Positions 40,894 to 50,250 are shown, counted from the stretch's first letter. The stretch: 64,000 nt of DNA from Nitrospirota bacterium (GCA_003246675.1 QJZQ01000215.1:4936-68935), one strand, 5' to 3'. Program-made: numbers and translations. Notes: generated by a model from the letters alone, not told the origin.

Positions 40894-43418
40894 AAGCGGG
40901 TTTTGATGTTCTTTTCCCAATCGAGCACCTTGAGTTTGTTTTCCGCCGCTTGCCTCATCAGGTCATCGCCTTCTTCCGAATCGGCCATGCGTTTCAGTTC
41001 CCGGGTGAGGCTGCGGGTGTTCTTCTGTTTTTCATGGCTGTCGGCAATCAGGTAGTCGGCCCATGGTTTCTGCGAGTGTTCCGGAAACAGTTTGCGTGCC
41101 TGGTCGAGGGCCTTCACCGCTTCGGAGTATTGCCCGGACCGGTGGTACGTGGAACCCAGTTGGTAGTAGGAATCCCGGATGTAAGCGGGAATGGTGCGGA
41201 CATCCGGATCGAACGCGCCGATCGCTTTTTTGTATTGCAGGGCCGCCTTGTCCAGCTGCCCGAGGGCGCTGTGGGCCTCGGCCAGCAGGAAATGCACTTC
41301 CGAGGGGTCCTTGACGCGCCGCTTGAGAATGCTTTCGAAGGTGTCCACGGCCTCGCGAAGTCTTTTCTGCCCCCAATAGGCTTTGCCGAGGATTTTCAGG
41401 GCCTCGGGCGCGCGCGGGCTTGCCGGGTATTGCTTGAGGAAGGCCCGGGCGACCGCTTCCACCTCCTTGTAGTCCTTGCGTTCGAGGTGGATTTCTCCCA
41501 GGTTGATGAGGATGCGGTCGCTGAACACGCCTTTGGGGTCCTTGAGTTTCACGCGCTCGTAAAAATTGAGCGCCTCGGGGTAGAGGCCGATGGCCTGGTA
41601 GGCCTCGCCGATTTGCAGGAGAGTCTTGCGGTCCTTCACCTCGCCGAGCGACAGGCCCATGAAATCGCTGTAGCTGTATAAAACGGGCAGGGCGCCGCCC
41701 TGGTTGGAATACTTGTCGACCAGGAGTTTCAGGGTCTCCCGGATGCGCTCGCGGGCGCGCGGGTAGTGCTCGGAATCCGGCCCGAGGGGGAGCAGTTTCT
41801 TGAATTCCTCCAGCGCTTTCAGGTAGCTCTGTTGTTCGAGAAAGGAGTTGCCGCGGCTCAGGGTGATTTCGGCCAGGGTTCCCAGGTCTTCGGTCTGGCC
41901 TGCAACTTGTTGATAGGTCTTGAAGGGGTTGCGGTAGGCGGTGGCGTCGACGAGGTGGTCTTTCACCGGCAAGTTCGGCGAACGCACGCCGATGTCGGCC
42001 ATGCGGATGAGGGCGTAGCGCCCTTCGGAGCTTTGGGTTTTGCGCCGGGCCGATTCATCGAACACCGATAGCGCTTTCATATCCTGCTTTTCGATCAGAT
42101 AGGAATCGCCGATGATGTTGAGCGCCCGGTGTGCACGCGGGTCTTCCGGAGCCAGGTTGACGAGCTGGTACAGTGCGCTCCGTGCTTTGGGGTAGTTCGC
42201 GTTGCTGAAATAGATCTCACCCATGTAGAAATGGATTTCCGGCTGCTCGTTCAACTGGCTGGGCCAGCGGCGGGCGCCTTCCTCGTAGATCTTGAGCGCC
42301 CGGGGGAAATTGCCTTCGTCGTAGTGGTGCCGGGCGATGGTGAAAATCGCCTCGCGGGCGGCGATGTTTTTGGGCGCGTTCTTCAGCACATCCTGATAGG
42401 CATCGTAGGCTTCCACGTATTTGCCCTTGCTCATGAGCATGCTGGCCAGGTCGATCTGCCGCGCCTGGTTGTAGGGGTCGGCGGCGTTTTTCCTCAGGAC
42501 CTCCTCGTACAGGGCCTTGGCCTCGATGGTGTAGCCGATCTCGTTATAGATCTGGGCGATTTTGTATTGCGCGTGGCGCGCGAAACGGGAACCGGGGAAT
42601 TGCCTGAGCGCGAACTTGTACGCGTCGAGCGCGCGGTCATAGACGGGGTTCGCCTCCAGGTGGGCGGCCTGGTAACGGCTCTCCGCGATGAGGTACAGGA
42701 CTTCGGGCGCGTATTTGCTTTTGGGGTGCTTTTCCCAGAAGGCTTCGAGCCGTTCGATGGCTCCGGGGTAATCGTGCGCCTGGTATTTCTTGAGCGCCTT
42801 CAGGTAGTCGGTGTGGCCGTGCCGGGTTTTTTCGTCGTCGTCCTTTTTATTGATACCGCTCAGCTGTTCCTCGCTCAATCCCGCGATGCGGGCTTTTCTA
42901 TTGCGGGGCTCGCGTTTGTCGGCCGCCTTGGCGGGTACGGGCTTCGGTGCGGCCACCGGTGCGGGTTTCGGTGCGGCCACCGGTGCGGGTTTGACAGCGG
43001 GTTCCGCCCCCGGCGGTTTGAGATCGATCACCACCTGGAATGTTTTGCCGTCGATAAAGTGAGAAAAAACCGTGTCCTGTGCTTGCAGGCCGAGGGTCAC
43101 CCGGGGTGCGCCCGAAGAGGGTTCAACCCTAAGAGACGCGAGGTTCTTGTCCTGGTAGCTGCGCGACCGGATCGAAGCATCGAGCACCGCTCCGGGAAAG
43201 GTCAGCGTGACTGTTTTATTCGCAGGATCGGTTTTCACCTGATAATCCACCGGTCCGCTCAAATCGATGAGCAGGCGGGTAGCGCTCGGGTGAGGGCCGA
43301 GGCGGATGCGTTCCACCCGTGGCGCGGCGTCTTCGTTTTCGCTTGCGGCGTCGCCTGCGCCGGGGGACATCGCAAGCCCGGCGAGAATCAGGAAAATGTA
43401 GAAATAAAATCGCGCCAT
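40890..43418 (-). CDS. secreted AMIN-domain plus multi-TPR protein (842 aa)
   Basis: ATG at 43418 gives the signal peptide MARFYFYIFLILAGLAMSPGAGDA. AMIN-like VERIRLGPHPSATRLLIDLSGPVDYQV...VTLTFPGAVLD, a Pro/Ala/Lys linker, then about 15 TPR units. Confidence 0.7.
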   Translation of the reverse strand: MARFYFYIFLILAGLAMSPGAGDAASENEDAAPRVERIRLGPHPSATRLLIDLSGPVDYQVKTDPANKTVTLTFPGAVLDASIRSRSYQDKNLASLRVEPSSGAPRVTLGLQAQDTVFSHFIDGKTFQVVIDLKPPGAEPAVKPAPVAAPKPAPVAAPKPVPAKAADKREPRNRKARIAGLSEEQLSGINKKDDDEKTRHGHTDYLKALKKYQAHDYPGAIERLEAFWEKHPKSKYAPEVLYLIAESRYQAAHLEANPVYDRALDAYKFALRQFPGSRFARHAQYKIAQIYNEIGYTIEAKALYEEVLRKNAADPYNQARQIDLASMLMSKGKYVEAYDAYQDVLKNAPKNIAAREAIFTIARHHYDEGNFPRALKIYEEGARRWPSQLNEQPEIHFYMGEIYFSNANYPKARSALYQLVNLAPEDPRAHRALNIIGDSYLIEKQDMKALSVFDESARRKTQSSEGRYALIRMADIGVRSPNLPVKDHLVDATAYRNPFKTYQQVAGQTEDLGTLAEITLSRGNSFLEQQSYLKALEEFKKLLPLGPDSEHYPRARERIRETLKLLVDKYSNQGGALPVLYSYSDFMGLSLGEVKDRKTLLQIGEAYQAIGLYPEALNFYERVKLKDPKGVFSDRILINLGEIHLERKDYKEVEAVARAFLKQYPASPRAPEALKILGKAYWGQKRLREAVDTFESILKRRVKDPSEVHFLLAEAHSALGQLDKAALQYKKAIGAFDPDVRTIPAYIRDSYYQLGSTYHRSGQYSEAVKALDQARKLFPEHSQKPWADYLIADSHEKQKNTRSLTRELKRMADSEEGDDLMRQAAENKLKVLDWEKNIKTRL
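42943..42990. repeat. perfect 24-bp tandem repeat x2, in frame (KPAPVAAP x2)
   Basis: TTCGGTGCGGCCACCGGTGCGGGT occurs at 42943-42966 and again at 42967-42990. Confidence 0.95.
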
Positions 43419-43463
43419 TATTTGTCTGCGGGGGATTGCGGGTTCATAAGACAATTATATAAC

Positions 43464-43479
43464 AGCAATATCTGTACCA
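43464..43479 (-). promoter_or_regulatory. sigma-54 promoter TGGTACAGATATTGCT upstream of AMIN-TPR/two-component operon
   Basis: The minus-strand sequence has exact -24/-12 spacing and is 15/16 identical to the flgC promoter. The predicted TSS near 43453 favours the ATG at 43418 over the TTG at 43454. Confidence 0.6.
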
Positions 43480-43659
43480 CACGCCGGTCATCGCCCGGGT
43501 TTCGATCCGAGCCCTGGATGAAATGAAAAACCCTTTGATATTAAACAGGTAGGACGATTATTAAGTTTTCGCGGCAGGGCGGAAAATGCGCTTCGGGTGC
43601 CGCCGCACGGGGATAATTCGTCATTATTTTGACTTCGAGGGGCCAGGGAGGCCATGGGT

Positions 43660-45652
43660 TCAGGAGCGCTGCCGGGCCTCGCGGTCGAGGTTTTCCGCCA
43701 GTTCCCTGAGGGCGGGAGAGAATGTGACGGGGTGGGGCGGAGCGCTTTCCAGGCTGCGCAGGGTTTCGGGCAGGCGTTCGATCTCGCGGCGCGTGTGTTC
43801 CCGCAAGTCCGCCAGGCGCGGGGGCGGGGCGAGCCTTTTCCCCGCCCGCATGAAGGGTTGCAAAAGGCCCTTGCCGCCGGGGCTCTCGCAGGCGAGTTCC
43901 ACCCGGTCTTCGAGAAGCCGCCCGTCGCCATCGTAATGGCGTATCACCTGTTTTTTGCCCGGCCAGGTCGCCTTGCCTTCCGAGGTCTTGCGCCGCGCCC
44001 GGCCGTCGTATTCCTGAAGTTTGTAGGCGCAGTTGAGGTAAGGCGCATCGGCGGAGGTGGTGAGCCGGGTGCCGACGCCGAACCCGTCGATCGGTGCGTT
44101 CAGGGCCTTGAAGCGGGCAAGGGCGTATTCGTCGAGATCGCCGCTGGCGAAAATGGCGGTGTTTTTCAGGCCCCCCGCATCGAGAATGGCGCGCACCTTG
44201 AATGCGTGGTCGGCCAGGTCGCCGCTGTCGAGACGCACGCCGCGGATGGATAGGCCTTCTTCGGCGAGTTTCGGGGCGAGGGCCACCACTTTATCGGCCC
44301 CCCTTTCGGTATCGAAGGTATCGATAAGCAGCACCACGTTTCCCGGCTGCGAGCGCGCGAAATTGCGAAAGGCGTCTGTTTCGCTATCATGAGCGAGAAC
44401 GAACGAGTGCGCCATGGTTCCGAACACGGGGACACCCCAAAGGGCGCCGGCCTGAACCGTGGCGGTGCCGGCAAACCCGGCGAGGTAGCTTGCGCGCGCG
44501 GCGAGCAGGCCCGCTTCGGAACCGTGCGCCCGCCGGCAGCCAAAATCGATGAGTTTTTTGTCCGGCGTTTGCAGCACCATGCGCGCCGCCTTCGAGGCCA
44601 CGAGAATCGAGTGCTGCAACAGGTTGATGATGCGCGTTTCAACCAGCTGCGCTTCGGCCAGCGGGGCGGTGACGCTCAGCACCGGCTCGTCGGGGAAAAA
44701 GACGGTGCCCTCGGGCAGGGCGTGGACCTCGCCGCTGAAGCGAAAATCCACAAGCGAGTCGATGAACGCATCATGGAAAAAACCCGAGCGCCGCATCCAG
44801 GCGCGGTCGGCCGGGGTGAAGCGCAGCGTTTCCAGAAAGTTGAGCACGAGGTCGAGGCCGGCGGCGACAAGAAAGTTGCGCCCCGCGGGCAGCTCGCGCA
44901 CGAAAAACTCGAACACCGCCGTGGCGTTCATGCCGTGGTCGTGGTAGCCCTGCAGCATGGTGAGCTGGTACAGGTCGGTCCACAGGGCGTTTTCCCGCGC
45001 CGGGGCGGGCGCGAGCTGGTCCACCGTGATCAGGCGGCTGCCGAGCCGTTGCAATTCGTCGATGGCGCGCTCGCCGTCGCCGGGGTTCACGTCCACGGCG
45101 CGGATCGCATCGGTGAGGAGGAACACCTCGAAACCGAGCTTGAGCGCATCGCGCGCGGTGTAAAGCACGCAGTAATCGGTGGCGAGCCCGCCGATGAAAA
45201 GGCGGCGGATGCCCCTTGTCCTCAGGCGGTCGGCAAAGCCGGTGCCGTCGAAGTCGGAGTAGGCCTCGGCGTCCTTGTTCACCGCCTTGGAGATCACCTC
45301 GTCACCCGGCAGGATGTTGAGTGAGACAGCGAACTCGGCCCCCGGCGTGCCCTGAACGCAGTGCGGCGGCCAGGGCCCTCCCTGGCCAGGGCCCTCCCTG
45401 GGGCTTGAACGAGCAGTGGTTTTTCGGATGCCAGTCGCGCGTGGCGTACACCGGCAGCCCTCTCTCCCGGAAAATGCCAAGGTAGCGGTTTATGACGGCG
45501 AGGATTTCACCGCTGTGGGGCACCGCCAGGCTGCCGCCGGGAAGAAAATCGTTCTGCGGGTCGATGATGACGAGGGCGTCGCCCGGGCCGGGTACTGGAT
45601 TCGAAAGCGGATCGTTCATTCGCTGGCCTTTGCCGGAGGTTTCGCTCGTCAT
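43660..45652 (-). pseudogene. nicotinamidase (PncA, isochorismatase fold) fused to nicotinate phosphoribosyltransferase (PncB), frameshifted
   Basis: The upstream frame gives ALVIIDPQNDFLPGGSLAVP...TRDWHPKNHCSF...GGPWP. The downstream frame continues GGPWPPHCVQGTPGAEF...LATDYCV, then the NAPRTase part (LYQLTMLQGY...GTMAHSF...GVGT). The two frames are joined only if one copy of the 16-bp duplication is removed. Confidence 0.75.
45370..45401. repeat. perfect 16-bp tandem duplication CCAGGGCCCTCCCTGG x2
   Basis: Copies at 45370-45385 and 45386-45401 are identical. 16 nt is +1 mod 3, which exactly accounts for the frame change between ORFs 45302..45652 and 43660..45480. Confidence 0.95.
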
Positions 45653-45701
45653 TATGGCCCTTTGCCCGGTCTATATCAAGCGTTGCGCCGTGGCCGCAGC
45701 G

Positions 45702-47558
45702 TCAGCGTTTTTCGGGGAACGCCTCCCTCACCCGGGTTATGAAGTGGATGATGGAGCGCGTGCAGCCGAGCAGATCCGGCATCGAGAGGCTTTCGCCCGG
45801 CTCGTGCATCCGTGAGTCGGGGTCATAGGGCCCGAGGCAGATGGGCAACCCGCCCTTGAGCGCATCCATCAATTTGGGGACGAACGGGATCGAGCCGCCG
45901 CAGCCGTAGAGGCAGGCCGTTTGCCCGTAACCCTTTTCCAGGGCCTGCATGATCAGCGGGTACACCGGGTGGGTGATCGGCGTGCTCCACGGCGACGCAC
46001 CCTTTTCCAGCTGGAGATCGATTGCGAAACCGGCGGGCGTGTGGTCTTTGAGATGGCGGATCAGCCCTTCACCCGCCTTTGTTTCGTCGTTGCCGGGAGC
46101 CAGCCGCACCTCGACCACCGCTTTCGCCAAGCTCTCGCTGAAGGGCCGGGCCGTTCCGTCGTTTTCCACGCGCAGGGAGCGGGTAGAGAGCGCCGGGCCT
46201 TCTGCGGACGCATCGGCCCAGGGTTCAAGCTCGGCTGCGAGGGCTCCATCGTCCGCCACCAGGCGGTCGATGAAGCGGGCAAGCAAAAGCTCGGCAATGG
46301 GGAAGGGGCCGCCGTGGACGCCGGAATGCGGGTCCTTGACCGCCGCGCGGACGACGAGGTCGAACGCCAGTCCCTGCCTTTCATCCTCGGCCGCGTTCAC
46401 GCTCAGCCGCAGCCCGAACCGGTTGTGGGCCTGAATGAAATTCTCCAGGCATTTTTGCAGTTCGCCGGGGTTTTTGGGCGAGCCCGGAAAAATCAGCCGC
46501 GCTCCGGCGGCACCGAAAACCACGCCTCCCGCAACGCGATGCCCCGGACGGCAGTTGACGTAGGATTGGCGCAATTGGGCGATGAGCAGCGAGGCGGTAT
46601 CCTCCGGCACGGTGAGCCGGGTTTCGGGCAAAAGGCCCGCGCTTTCCCGCAGCTGCCGAACCGTGGTGGGCACCTGGGAGTACCCCTTGCGTTCCTCTTC
46701 GGTCACCGGGGTGTCGTCGATGCCGCGTATCGCGATCCTGTGATCCTCGTCGATCAGGGAGGCGAGGGTCTTGTAGAGCGCGGTTTGCGCGTCCAGCCGG
46801 GCGGAGCCGTTGCGGGGCCTGAGACAGGCGGTGAGCTGCACGATGCCCCGCAGCGAAGTGGTCAGCCCCGGCACCCCCTGCGCCGGGTTGATGACATCGG
46901 TGATGATGACGCAATCAGTGCCGGTGAAAAAATCCCGGTTGTCGAGGATCTGCTCCACCAGCGTGTGTGAGCCGCTTTCTTCTTCGGTTTCGTAGATGAC
47001 CTTGATGTTGCACGGCAGGGCGGCGAACTGCTCGGGCGGCCCGCCGGGAACGAGGCCGAGGCAGGAAAGCAAAGCCTCCACCGCCATGCCGATGGCCACC
47101 ACGCCGCTCAAGTCGTCGGCAGCGCCCCGGCCGAAGGCGCGGCTTTTGTCCTCGTTCCAGCGAAGCTCGGTGGGGGGTACACCGTCCCACTGCAGGAACC
47201 GGCCGTCGTCCATGTACGGCTGCTTGTCCAGGTGGGCGTAAAAAAGAACCGTCGGTTTTTCGCGGGAAGCGAAGATTTCCGCCATCAGGATCGGCGTGGA
47301 GCGCACGGGGCCCGGCTTCGGGCGGTTGATGCGCACCGTCGGGAACCCGATGCCGCGCAGGTAGGCCTCGGCGCAGGCCAGGATCTCCTGCATGTCGCTC
47401 GGCGTTTCGCGGTCGCCCTCGAATTCGTTCACGTTGAAACTGCGGCTGTCGATTTTCACCATGGCGGCAAGCGCTTTAAGGTGGCGCTCGACGAGGGGCG
47501 CGCCCGGGCGGATTTTTTCCCTCGCTTGTTGATCCAGTTCATTCAGGTTCACGGACAT
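45702..47558 (-). CDS. M20/M25/M40-family metallopeptidase-like protein (long, 618 aa)
   Basis: VLFYAHLDKQP, FGRGAADDLSGV and ETEEESGS metal-ligand-type blocks, plus a C-terminal MHEPGES motif. Confidence 0.7.
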   Translation of the reverse strand: MSVNLNELDQQAREKIRPGAPLVERHLKALAAMVKIDSRSFNVNEFEGDRETPSDMQEILACAEAYLRGIGFPTVRINRPKPGPVRSTPILMAEIFASREKPTVLFYAHLDKQPYMDDGRFLQWDGVPPTELRWNEDKSRAFGRGAADDLSGVVAIGMAVEALLSCLGLVPGGPPEQFAALPCNIKVIYETEEESGSHTLVEQILDNRDFFTGTDCVIITDVINPAQGVPGLTTSLRGIVQLTACLRPRNGSARLDAQTALYKTLASLIDEDHRIAIRGIDDTPVTEEERKGYSQVPTTVRQLRESAGLLPETRLTVPEDTASLLIAQLRQSYVNCRPGHRVAGGVVFGAAGARLIFPGSPKNPGELQKCLENFIQAHNRFGLRLSVNAAEDERQGLAFDLVVRAAVKDPHSGVHGGPFPIAELLLARFIDRLVADDGALAAELEPWADASAEGPALSTRSLRVENDGTARPFSESLAKAVVEVRLAPGNDETKAGEGLIRHLKDHTPAGFAIDLQLEKGASPWSTPITHPVYPLIMQALEKGYGQTACLYGCGGSIPFVPKLMDALKGGLPICLGPYDPDSRMHEPGESLSMPDLLGCTRSIIHFITRVREAFPEKR

Positions 47559-47717
47559 CGTCTCCCGGTGGTCGGTGTGGGGTGGCCAAAGGCCTGCTTT
47601 GCCTGTACACGGCCGCCTCGATCATATAATATAATGATCGTTTGAAACACAGGGAATTCACTTGCCCCTGAACCCCCGCTGCGCGGCGCGTCCGCGCGTT
47701 TCACTGGAAGGGCCGGC

Positions 47718-47990
47718 ATGATCCAGAGGATCACCCATCTTCTCAAGTTGATCAAGATCCTGAACGAGCGCGGCAACTGGAAGTTGATCCGGCACTCCCG
47801 CAAACAGCTGATCAATTTCATTTTCTGCCGGGAGGGCATGGGTCGGCGCTCGCTTCCCGCCGCCCTGCTGCACGGCTTCCACCTGCTCAAAGGCATCGAT
47901 GTCATCGTCTGGCGGCTGGAAACATTCGGTTTTCTCTATGCGCCGGGGCTTGCCGAGGAAGAGAAGGAGCGCCTGAACCGGTATTTGTGA
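47718..47990 (+). CDS. hypothetical small protein (90 aa)
   Basis: Only an ORF with reasonable composition, 40 nt upstream of the GT9 gene. No recognisable family. Confidence 0.3.
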   Translation: MIQRITHLLKLIKILNERGNWKLIRHSRKQLINFIFCREGMGRRSLPAALLHGFHLLKGIDVIVWRLETFGFLYAPGLAEEEKERLNRYL

Positions 47991-48029
47991 CCGCTTGCCT
48001 GGCACCGGTGGTCTGACCTGGAAAAATTT

Positions 48030-49100
48030 ATGCGTCCCGAAGACCTCAAGGAACATCTTCCCGCCAATGCCCGGATCCTCATCATCAAGCTGCGTTCCAT
48101 CGGCGATGTGATCTACAACACCGCGGTTTACACCCCGCTCAAGAAGACCTGGCCGGACGCGCATTTAACGGTGATGGTCGAGCCGGCGGCGTACGACCTG
48201 GTGCGGGATCATCCCGATGTGGACGAGGTGTTCTGTTTTAAAAAAGGGACCTGGCTCGAGCAGGCGGGCTCTTACGCCCGGTTACTCGCCCGCCGTTACG
48301 ATCTGGTGGTGGACATGCATGGGGGGCCGCGCGCCGCGCTGATGAGTTATATCACCCGCTCCCGTTTTCGAGCCGGCAGCGACCGGGGAAGGCGGGCGTT
48401 TTTGTATAACCTGCCGCTATCGCTGGATGGTTATACGCTGCAATACCCGCTCGATTATCAGGCCGCCATCATAAGCCGGCTGGGTGTCGAATTTACCGAA
48501 AAGGCGGCGCCGGCGATTCATATTTCGCAAGCCAGCCGCGACAGGGCCGGAGAAATTCTGCGCGGCCTGGGTGTTGGCCCCGGGACCCCTTATATGATCC
48601 TCCATCCCGGTGCGCGGGCATTTGACCAATGGCCAGCGGAAAACTTCGCCGCTGTGGCCGACGAGGTGCATCGCCAGTACGGCTACCGCGTGCTGTTCAC
48701 CTGCGGCCCCGGGCAGGAAAAGCAGGTGGAGAGCGTGAGATCCCGGGTCCGGGAAGCCCGCACCGCTTATTTTAGCTCCGGCCTGCAGGAGATCGCCGTT
48801 ATCACCGAGAACGCCCGGCTGGTGGTGTGTCATAATGGCGGCTACATGCACCTGGCGGCCGTGGTCGGCGCGCCGGTGGTGGCTTTGTTCGGCGGCGCCA
48901 ACCCGAGAATCTGGGGGCCGCCCCTGGGCCGGACCGCCATCCTGTATAAAGATCTGCCCTGCCACCCGTGCAGCTTCGGCAGCATGCGGCCGGAATGCCG
49001 CGCCACCGCCGCGGAATGTAAAAGCGAGATCACCGTGGAGGACGTTCTTGCGGCGGCCGAAAAGCTTCTCGCCGCAAGAGGCGCTGGCGAGTTAGCCTGA
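48030..49100 (+). CDS. glycosyltransferase family 9 (LPS heptosyltransferase-like)
   Basis: ILIIKLRSIGDVIYNTAVYTPLKKTWPDAHLTVMVE, then later HNGGYMHLAAVVGAPVVALFG. Confidence 0.8.
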   Translation: MRPEDLKEHLPANARILIIKLRSIGDVIYNTAVYTPLKKTWPDAHLTVMVEPAAYDLVRDHPDVDEVFCFKKGTWLEQAGSYARLLARRYDLVVDMHGGPRAALMSYITRSRFRAGSDRGRRAFLYNLPLSLDGYTLQYPLDYQAAIISRLGVEFTEKAAPAIHISQASRDRAGEILRGLGVGPGTPYMILHPGARAFDQWPAENFAAVADEVHRQYGYRVLFTCGPGQEKQVESVRSRVREARTAYFSSGLQEIAVITENARLVVCHNGGYMHLAAVVGAPVVALFGGANPRIWGPPLGRTAILYKDLPCHPCSFGSMRPECRATAAECKSEITVEDVLAAAEKLLAARGAGELA

Positions 49101-49125
49101 ATATTCTTGATGGAAGAGGCCCTTA

Positions 49126-50250
49126 TTGAAGATCACCTTTTTATGCTTTGACCTTTCGGATAATTCCCTTGGCCGGGCGGCCCTGCTTGCAGGCGGGCTG
49201 GCCCGCCATCACGAGGTGGAACTGGTTGGCCCCATGAAGGGCAAAGCGGTGTGGTTTCCCCTCAAAGATCTGGACCTGGCGGTGAGGCCGTTTCCCTGGC
49301 AGCGGTTGCCCCGCTTTGCCTGCACGGTGCGGGAAGTGCTGCGCTCCATAGAGACCGACCTGTTGTTTGCGTGTAAATTGCGCCCCACCAGCTTCGGCGT
49401 GGGGGTGTTGAAAAAACGGCAATCGGGAATTCCCCTGCTGGTGGACATCGACGACTGGGAACTGGGTTTCTATTATCACACCGGCTTCTGGGGCAAGCTG
49501 GGCCGTTTCCTCAACCTGTCTAATCCCAATGGATTGCCTTACACCTGGCTGATGGAACGGTTGGTGGGCCAGGCCGATGGCATCACGGTGAGCAACCGTT
49601 TTTTGCAGGAGCGATTCTCCGGAACGCTGATTCCGCATTGCCGGGATACCCGCGTTCTCGACCCGGCCCGGCACGATGGACGGAAAATCCGCGAACAGCT
49701 GGGGTTGCAGAATAAGAAAGTGGTGATGTTCCTTGGCACGCCGCGCGGCCACAAGGGCGTGGAGGATCTTCTGGCCGCCGTCCAGAAGGTGCAGGACCCG
49801 CAGGTTCACCTGGTGGTCGTGGGTCTGGACAACCCCGAACAGTTCATGGCCGGGCGCCCAGAGGAGCTTGTAGCGAGGTTGACGGCGCTCTCGAAGGTTC
49901 CCCTGGAGGAGCTGCCCGGATACCTTGCGGCGGCGGATGCGATGGTGATTCCCCAGCGCCGCACCAGCGACACCGTGGGGCAGATGCCCGCGAAAATATT
50001 TGACGCCATGGCGATGGGCAAGCCCATCATCTCCACGCGCGTGTCGGATATCCCCGAAGTCCTTGGAGAGAGCGGTTATCTGGTTGAGCCCGGGAGCGTG
50101 GACGAACTCGCCCGCGCCATTGAGCACGTGACCAGGCACCCCGAAGAGGCGGCGGCAAGAGGCCGAAGGGCGCGGGAGCGCTGCATCGAGCTTTACGATA
50201 CCCGCGTGATGGAAGCACGGCTTCTGGAGTTGGTAAAGCCTTTCGAGTAA
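49126..50250 (+). CDS. glycosyltransferase family 4 (GT-B, group 1)
   Basis: TTG start after GGAAGAGG. C-terminal E-x7-E-type region (PAKIFDAMAMGKPIISTRVSDIPEVL). Confidence 0.8.
   Translation: MKITFLCFDLSDNSLGRAALLAGGLARHHEVELVGPMKGKAVWFPLKDLDLAVRPFPWQRLPRFACTVREVLRSIETDLLFACKLRPTSFGVGVLKKRQSGIPLLVDIDDWELGFYYHTGFWGKLGRFLNLSNPNGLPYTWLMERLVGQADGITVSNRFLQERFSGTLIPHCRDTRVLDPARHDGRKIREQLGLQNKKVVMFLGTPRGHKGVEDLLAAVQKVQDPQVHLVVVGLDNPEQFMAGRPEELVARLTALSKVPLEELPGYLAAADAMVIPQRRTSDTVGQMPAKIFDAMAMGKPIISTRVSDIPEVLGESGYLVEPGSVDELARAIEHVTRHPEEAAARGRRARERCIELYDTRVMEARLLELVKPFE

Noticed and set aside
43419-43454. TTG start at 43454 for the AMIN-TPR protein.
   Set aside because: The predicted sigma-54 transcription start is at about 43453. 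ATG 43418 begins a proper signal peptide.
43485-43520. tRNA-like T-arm string GGGTTTCGATCCGAGCCC, considered as a possible tRNA or att-site remnant.
   Set aside because: The flanking bases do not form a T-stem (CGGGT versus CGAGC). No acceptor, D or anticodon arms could be built by hand, and no integrase is nearby.
42943-45401. Tandem repeats considered as a possible CRISPR or other array.
   Set aside because: Each is only two copies, lies inside a coding sequence and has no spacers. No cas genes are in the window.
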